Shown here: positions 18,089-23,144 of the stretch, in pieces
Numbering within the stretch: position 1 is the first letter of the stretch
How the letters are laid out: each line of letters begins with the position of its first letter
From: Bacteroidota bacterium
GTDB lineage: Bacteria > Bacteroidota > Ignavibacteria > UBA10030 > UBA8401
Direction: 5' to 3'
Assembly: GCA_049317705.1 (NCBI GenBank)
Contig: JBMOHT010000049.1
Coordinates: 1 to 23,144, forward strand
Length of the DNA stretch: 23,144 nucleotides
Position numbers and translations under genes: made by a program
The notes under the pieces: model-generated
Told to the model about the DNA's origin: nothing
Database searches by the model: none
Seen by the model: the letters and a program-made list of their open reading frames with translations, nothing else

Positions 18089-18775
18089 TCATGTTCCTGA
18101 ACTGCTGTAGTAATAGATGCGAATGACCACCCGACGATTATGAGCCCGTGCATTCTCCGTGTATGTTCGGGTAACAGAATCGGTCGCGGTCTGTGCAGGA
18201 CGTGTATCGGCAAATCCGACCGCCGACAATCTCTTCCTCTCAATGCCTGACGAATCCTGCAGGAACTTCAGCACCTGAAGCGACCGTGCAGCGGAAAGTT
18301 CCCAGTTGGTCTGGAATTCCTTACCGTTGATGAGCGGCTGATCGTCCGTATGCCCTTCGATCGACAGAAATGCATTGCGCGATTCGATGAATTTTTTCAG
18401 ATGCGGCGCGAGAACGATCATCGCATTGTATCCATCCTTCACAAGCGTCGCTTTCCCGATGGGGAACAAAAGATTGGACAGGAACCGCACTTCAACCCCG
18501 TCCCCCGTCATCACCACTGTCACTGCTTTGCGGAGGACCGTATCGGCACTTACCGTTTCGTTCAACTGATGAGCGATGGTTGAAAGATTCTCCTGACGGA
18601 TCTTTCCTGTGCCGGCGTCCGCCGCAAAGACATCCAATTTTGACTGATCCGGTTTGGAGATCGCCAACAGCAGTGTAAATGCGGCGATCATGGCCGTGAG
18701 AAGGTCGATATAACTTACCTTCCAATGCCCTGCATCTTCACGACTCCGTGAAGGACGTTCCCAAAGATAATTCAT
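18089..18775 (-). CDS. MotB-like stator protein (single TM plus OmpA/peptidoglycan-binding domain)
   Basis: GHWKVSYIDLLTAMIAAFTLLLAIS matches the MotB channel helix with the ion-binding Asp; FLSIEGHTDDQP...NWELSAARSLQVLKFL OmpA-like motif. Confidence 0.93.
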   Translation of the reverse strand: MNYLWERPSRSREDAGHWKVSYIDLLTAMIAAFTLLLAISKPDQSKLDVFAADAGTGKIRQENLSTIAHQLNETVSADTVLRKAVTVVMTGDGVEVRFLSNLLFPIGKATLVKDGYNAMIVLAPHLKKFIESRNAFLSIEGHTDDQPLINGKEFQTNWELSAARSLQVLKFLQDSSGIERKRLSAVGFADTRPAQTATDSVTRTYTENARAHNRRVVIRIYYYSSSGT

Positions 18776-19623
18776 TGACGCTGCCGAGGGTCACCAGGGA
18801 CTTTCATCTTCATGGTGGTCATCGTCCGATGTGAAGGGACATAGTTCCGGAGTTTTTCCACGACATACTGGGTCCGCTTCTTCTCGTGGATCATGACAAG
18901 TCCGTCGGTGATCATCCCCTTCAGGATGAGATTCTCTGTGTTGATGGTATTGATCTTCTCAGCAATGGGCTGGAAGATGAAATTCGAGTACAGGAGTCCA
19001 TAGAGCGTGGTGGTAAATGCAATGGACATGGAATTGATGATTCCGTTGAAACCTGAAGCGGCATCGATCTTCTGTGAGAACATCTGGATGAGACCGACGG
19101 TCGTTCCCAGCATCCCGTATCCGGGCGAGAAATTCGCGGCGGTCCTCCACAGATCGTCATCGATCTGTTCGCGGTGCATCTCCGTTCTCATGCGCAGTTC
19201 GAGCATTTCCTTCACATCCTCGATCTTATACCCATTCACGAGCATCAGAAGTCCGTCCCGCAGGAACGGGAATGATATCCCGTTCGCATATTCCTCCAGC
19301 GTTTCAATATCGCCGGACTGTGTATATTCCGAAACCGTCTGAAAAACATTGATAAAATATGGATAATCGATCTTGTTACGGATGAATACCTGGTAGAGAG
19401 CCGCATGAGAGCGCGAGAATTCACGGAAGTTGTGGCTGATCAATATGGAAGCAAGAACGCCCAATGACACAAAGATGAATCCCGGAACGTGGATATACCG
19501 GCCTACCGTATCCGAGAAATACATTTCCTGGAATGATTTTACAGCACGTTCATCTGCACCGAAGACGAGCAGTACATATGCCGCGACCACGAACATGATG
19601 TAACCAAGAAATGTTGAATTCAT
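18772..19623 (-). CDS. MotA-like stator protein (MotA/TolQ/ExbB channel family)
   Basis: FPFLRDGLLMLVNGYKIEDVKEML cytoplasmic loop; AANFSPGYGMLGTTVGLIQMF channel motif; directly coupled to the MotB-like gene. Confidence 0.88.
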   Translation of the reverse strand: MNSTFLGYIMFVVAAYVLLVFGADERAVKSFQEMYFSDTVGRYIHVPGFIFVSLGVLASILISHNFREFSRSHAALYQVFIRNKIDYPYFINVFQTVSEYTQSGDIETLEEYANGISFPFLRDGLLMLVNGYKIEDVKEMLELRMRTEMHREQIDDDLWRTAANFSPGYGMLGTTVGLIQMFSQKIDAASGFNGIINSMSIAFTTTLYGLLYSNFIFQPIAEKINTINTENLILKGMITDGLVMIHEKKRTQYVVEKLRNYVPSHRTMTTMKMKVPGDPRQRQ

Positions 19624-19637
19624 ACTTCGTCCTTCAT

Positions 19638-20345
19638 TCAGTACATTCTCATCAGCAACGCGCGAATATTATCGAGCGTCGGATCGAGTTCAAGGGCCTT
19701 TTCCCAGGAGAGTTTCGCTTCGGCAGTCTTGTGGAGAAGAAACAGGATGGATCCTCGTACGGAATGGAACAACGAGATATTCGGTGCGATGGCGATACTT
19801 TGATCGATCTCCTGCAACGCTTCGGTATATCGTTTCACCGAAAAATACTTCTGCGCGGTATTCATGTGGACCATTGCCTTGTTGTATTTGGCGTCATCGG
19901 CGGTATATTGATTCACTGTTTGAGCACCTGCTGCTGCAGACGTATCACGGCGTTCGCGGGACTTTGCGTTCAGTGTTCGCGTTGCGATCCCAGTCACTTC
20001 TTGTTCCATCATAACATCCTTTTCTGGATCGGGTTTGAAAACCGGTCCGAATTTTCCCGAGTACGTCAGATCGAAATCGATATTCCGGTCGTTCAGGTCC
20101 AACAGAAGATCGATCGTAATCACCGGTGAACGGAGTTTCACTTCGGTCAGCGGTGACGGTGATTCCATTGTGTCCCGTAGGGACGGGACCGATCTCCCCT
20201 CTTTATCGTTTGCGATTGTATCAGGAGGACAAACAGAATCATACGTCCCCAGGGATCCCTCCCACCGGGTTCCCGAATAGAGCGGGGTGATTCCGGTGAC
20301 CAGGAAGAACAACACGAATAGATGATATCGGAATAGTATGATCAT
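19638..20345 (-). CDS. Exported TPR-containing protein
   Basis: N-terminal signal-like segment; TPR units KAMVHMNTAQKYFSVKRYTEALQEIDQSIAIAP and FHSVRGSILFLLHKTAEAKLSWEKALELDP. Confidence 0.75.
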   Translation of the reverse strand: MIILFRYHLFVLFFLVTGITPLYSGTRWEGSLGTYDSVCPPDTIANDKEGRSVPSLRDTMESPSPLTEVKLRSPVITIDLLLDLNDRNIDFDLTYSGKFGPVFKPDPEKDVMMEQEVTGIATRTLNAKSRERRDTSAAAGAQTVNQYTADDAKYNKAMVHMNTAQKYFSVKRYTEALQEIDQSIAIAPNISLFHSVRGSILFLLHKTAEAKLSWEKALELDPTLDNIRALLMRMY

Positions 20346-21532
20346 AGATAAAAGAACAGATGACCGCCGAACATCGCACCTGCGGGGTATGATTTCCCCA
20401 TTCTGATTCCGTCTTCGATCCAGAATGAATCCAATCCAAGCCCGACGATCCTGCTCAGCCGGATATTCATGCCGCCATGGTACACCGGATAGAACTGAAG
20501 CATATCAAACTGGAAATAGTATCCGGCGGCGATGTTGACCGTGATGAGTCTGCTGCCGATCTTTTCAGATTGGAGCAGTTCAAAACCAACGCCGGGTGTA
20601 CAAACAATGCCGGGGGAAGAACATCTGGGATTATATAACAGCCGTGCATCGACAAAGACATTCATCGGATCGATGATCGTGGCGACGTCGTTGAATCGAT
20701 ATCCTGTTGCTACGAACGAGTAGTGTTTGTCCGAGACATCGATGCCGCCGCTGCGGATCTTTCCTGAAAGGAACGAGAAGGTGACACCGTTCATGTCGTA
20801 TCCCGTTTTTTTCTTCAGGGAGAACAGCTCTTCCATCTTGTCCTGTTCCGTGGGCACGTATACATCGAACACGGAACGGACATATTCACGGTTCCAGATC
20901 ATGACATTGTTCAGATCATTGAGGATCAAAAATACCATGACTTGCTGTTCGGTGATAAGGATCTCGGGCGAAAGGACAGCCTGGATGTTGCGGCGTACCG
21001 CGTATTGCCGCAACTGTTCTTCCGAATAGACATTCTTCACCTGAAGTGTTGAATCATCCGCTTTAATATAGAGAGGATGAAGGTCATGACCGGAGAAGAC
21101 CGTCACCCGTTTCGACCGGGCAAGGCTTCCTTTCAGTTTGTTCTCGAAGAACGAGAGCAGGAACTGCTGATCGCTGACACTCAGATCGGTCTTCAGCAGC
21201 CATTTCAATCGCATCTTATAGATGACGAGACTGGAAATCCCCATCGGCAATTCCGCTGAGGATTCAATGATCTGCGAACTGATGGAGTCTATCACGTTCA
21301 TGTACCGTTCAAGCATCTTCTGTGAATAGATCTTCTCAACTGCAGCGGGAGCGGGATCACGAGGTTTATCGCCGGCTGCGGCGCTCAAAGGAACGGTCCA
21401 CAGAATCAATACAAGCATAACAATGGAATCAAGAATTTTCAGCAGTGGTCGCAATCGGACAGCTCTCTTTCGGTTGTTCAGTGCATTATTATCAAAGACA
21501 GCATCAATGAACGTGCCACAGAAACAGATCAC
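20342..21532 (-). CDS. Hypothetical envelope protein, possibly outer-membrane associated
   Basis: Hydrophobic export-like segment near the N-terminus (ILDSIVMLVLILWTVPLSAAA; real start may be internal); alternating beta-type C-terminus ending in GGHLFFYL; 4-bp overlap with the TPR gene. Confidence 0.55.
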   Translation of the reverse strand: MICFCGTFIDAVFDNNALNNRKRAVRLRPLLKILDSIVMLVLILWTVPLSAAAGDKPRDPAPAAVEKIYSQKMLERYMNVIDSISSQIIESSAELPMGISSLVIYKMRLKWLLKTDLSVSDQQFLLSFFENKLKGSLARSKRVTVFSGHDLHPLYIKADDSTLQVKNVYSEEQLRQYAVRRNIQAVLSPEILITEQQVMVFLILNDLNNVMIWNREYVRSVFDVYVPTEQDKMEELFSLKKKTGYDMNGVTFSFLSGKIRSGGIDVSDKHYSFVATGYRFNDVATIIDPMNVFVDARLLYNPRCSSPGIVCTPGVGFELLQSEKIGSRLITVNIAAGYYFQFDMLQFYPVYHGGMNIRLSRIVGLGLDSFWIEDGIRMGKSYPAGAMFGGHLFFYL

Positions 21533-21651
21533 ATTTTCCCAGCAATATCCCCAGGACTTTTTGATCTGTTTTCTTCGCGGAATGATTGCGTCAACGATTG
21601 TTCACTTTTTGGGATACTATTATTGACAAGAATATCAGAGAGGAGGGATCG

Positions 21652-21684
21652 AAAAAAAACCACCTCGCTGATGAGACGAGGTGG
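21652..21684 (-). terminator. Rho-independent terminator after the pilin-like gene
   Basis: Minus strand: CCACCTCG-TCTCATCAG-CGAGGTGG-TTTTTTTT (8-bp perfect stem, U8 tract). Confidence 0.88.
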
Positions 21685-21721
21685 CAGGGGTGTAACATAA
21701 TAAAAAAATGATCCCGTTATT

Positions 21722-21740
21722 TTTGACCGGGGCGGTCAAA
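21722..21740. repeat. Short perfect inverted repeat TTTGACCG-GGG-CGGTCAAA
   Basis: 8-bp arms, 3-nt spacer, between the pilin-like gene and the terminator. Confidence 0.6.
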
Positions 21741-21810
21741 GAAGCGCGACACGGTTTCCTTGTCGATGAAGCATACTCTCAATTACTGCCCACGAAAATT
21801 ACCGGATTCA

Positions 21811-22224
21811 TCAATTGATGATGGTCACGATATTGCCGGATGGCGTGACAGTGCAGATAATAACCGGAAGTGTGCCGTCGGCGAAGAACGTGTTGCCCGT
21901 CCCCCGCAGCACAACCTGACCGGCAATACCGGCCGAACTGATGGTATATTCCCCGTTCCCATTATGAGAGAACGCGGTCGAGACAAGCTTTGCCATTCCC
22001 GCCGCATCCGCGGTAAGTCCGACAAAGGAATGACCGCCGCCGCCGTTCGCTGCCGGGGAAGAATAATACTGCATCGCTCTGGCGGAAAGATTCAACAAGT
22101 CCGATGCCATGGAATCGCGATTCGCCGTGATGGAATTCTCTTGAACGAGCGTGATGGCGACCGCAATGGTAACGCCGATGATGATCATACCTAAGATGAT
22201 CAGTAGAATTTGGTTCTGACCCAT
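21811..22224 (-). CDS. Pilin/pseudopilin-like small membrane-anchored protein
   Basis: MGQNQILLIILGMIIIGVTIAVAITLVQENSITANRDSMASDLLNLSARAMQYY: very short leader, long N-terminal hydrophobic helix, amphipathic continuation and beta-rich C-terminus. Confidence 0.55.
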   Translation of the reverse strand: MGQNQILLIILGMIIIGVTIAVAITLVQENSITANRDSMASDLLNLSARAMQYYSSPAANGGGGHSFVGLTADAAGMAKLVSTAFSHNGNGEYTISSAGIAGQVVLRGTGNTFFADGTLPVIICTVTPSGNIVTIIN

Positions 22225-22268
22225 TTCATCTTCCTTTTCACTTTGGTGGATATTGAAACACTATTTCG

Positions 22269-23144
22269 TTACGACAAGAAACCTTCCAGCCGTAATTTCT
22301 CAATTGCGCACTCACACGGCGGGCATTCTGTGATCCCATTCTCTTTCCAGATCAATATTTGCTTTAGAACGTTCTTCATCTCCGACAAGAGCACTTCGCG
22401 CTCCTTTTCGATCACTTTTCTGTGCGTGATATCCCGCAGAAACGTAATTAACTTGCCCCCGTGGAAATGACGGAACTGGACACTGACCTCTACATTATAG
22501 ATGGTGCCATCCTTCCGGCGATGTATTGTCTCAAACCTGTCCTCAGATTCGATCATGACTGTGGAGAGATGTTCCATCGTTGTCTGTTCAATTTCGGATG
22601 CTTCGAGATCGAAGATGCTCATAGTGAGCAGTTCATCCTTACTGTAGCCTGACATCTCACAGTATTTCTCATTCGCTTCGAGCAATTTTCCGTTAAGGTC
22701 AACGATCCAAAATCCATCCAATGCCGATTCGATGATCTCTTTCCTCCACGCTTCCTGGTCACGGAGTTTCCTCTCGGAATATATTTTATCCAAGGCCAAA
22801 TGCCATTCACGAATGGAGCGCTGAACAATACGGTGGATCATTGCGAAGAAATCGGCAGATTTTGGGAAATAATCGAGTGCGCCGGATTTCATCATCTTTA
22901 CAGCCATCGCTTCATCCCCTTGCGATGTCAACACAATCACAGGGAATATCCCTTTGCTGATCGATATGAGAGTATCGCCGTTCCCGTCCGGCAGGAACTG
23001 GTCGGTGAACATCAGCATCGGAGCAGCTTGTCCGATCATCTCAACGGCACCGGCAATGGTACCGGAAATATGGACGCGGTACGGCTCCGGAGCTTCTTCA
23101 AGCGCTCGCTTCATTAATTCGGCGTGTTCCGGATTGTCCTCAAC
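22269..23144 (-). CDS. Receiver-PAS signalling protein, 5' end beyond the window
   Basis: Open frame continues upstream of the listed ATG as VEDNPEHAEL to the window edge; MLMFTDQFLPDGNG receiver Asp; PAS ALDGFWIVDLNGKLLEANEKYCEMSGYSKDELL. Confidence 0.85.
   Translation of the reverse strand, partial: VEDNPEHAELMKRALEEAPEPYRVHISGTIAGAVEMIGQAAPMLMFTDQFLPDGNGDTLISISKGIFPVIVLTSQGDEAMAVKMMKSGALDYFPKSADFFAMIHRIVQRSIREWHLALDKIYSERKLRDQEAWRKEIIESALDGFWIVDLNGKLLEANEKYCEMSGYSKDELLTMSIFDLEASEIEQTTMEHLSTVMIESEDRFETIHRRKDGTIYNVEVSVQFRHFHGGKLITFLRDITHRKVIEKEREVLLSEMKNVLKQILIWKENGITECPPCECAIEKLRLEGFLS

Noticed and set aside
18089-19623. Zorya-type anti-phage defence (ZorA/ZorB are MotA/MotB-like)
   Set aside because: No ZorC/D/E-like, helicase or nuclease gene is adjacent, the MotA-like protein lacks a long cytoplasmic tail, and the partner is a FliG-like rotor.
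18089-19623. ExbBD/TolQR energisation system
   Set aside because: The MotB-like partner carries the WK..Y.D..TAM channel motif and an OmpA-type peptidoglycan-binding domain, unlike ExbD/TolR, and no TonB/TolA/TolB/Pal is nearby.
21722-21740. Second rho-independent terminator
   Set aside because: The TTTGACCG/CGGTCAAA stem is not followed by a convincing U-tract on the minus strand; the 21652..21684 hairpin is the real candidate.

Overview
All major genes in this window lie on the minus strand. It looks like a Bacteroidota/Chlorobi/Ignavibacteria-type chromosomal region; that placement is an impression only. In transcription order (right to left) it contains: (1) a truncated receiver-PAS protein and a short pilin-like protein followed by a rho-independent terminator; (2) a compact, partly translationally coupled cluster of an envelope beta-rich protein, a TPR protein, a MotA-like stator protein, a MotB-like protein with an intact channel Asp, and a natural fusion of a minimal FliF-like (RBM3/TM) segment to a complete FliG-like rotor protein, followed by an HTH protein with a CarH-like but degenerate B12-binding architecture; (3) two runs of signalling genes that include a pseudo-receiver, a receiver-kinase whose H-box His is Ser, a 1865-aa hybrid kinase with about 9 PAS and 2 GAF domains, a second kinase lacking a clear H-box His, and an NtrC-like protein with lesions in the Walker B, GAFTGA and Asn-switch motifs; (4) a cluster of intergenic elements bounded by inverted repeats, a receiver protein, a DUF2723-type membrane protein and a partial tRNA-Thr. 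The most interesting object is the MotA/MotB/FliF-FliG-fusion cluster with no rod, hook, filament, FliM/N or export genes in view: a candidate stripped-down proton/sodium-driven motor of unknown output. Domain calls are by-eye motif recognition; no database search was run.
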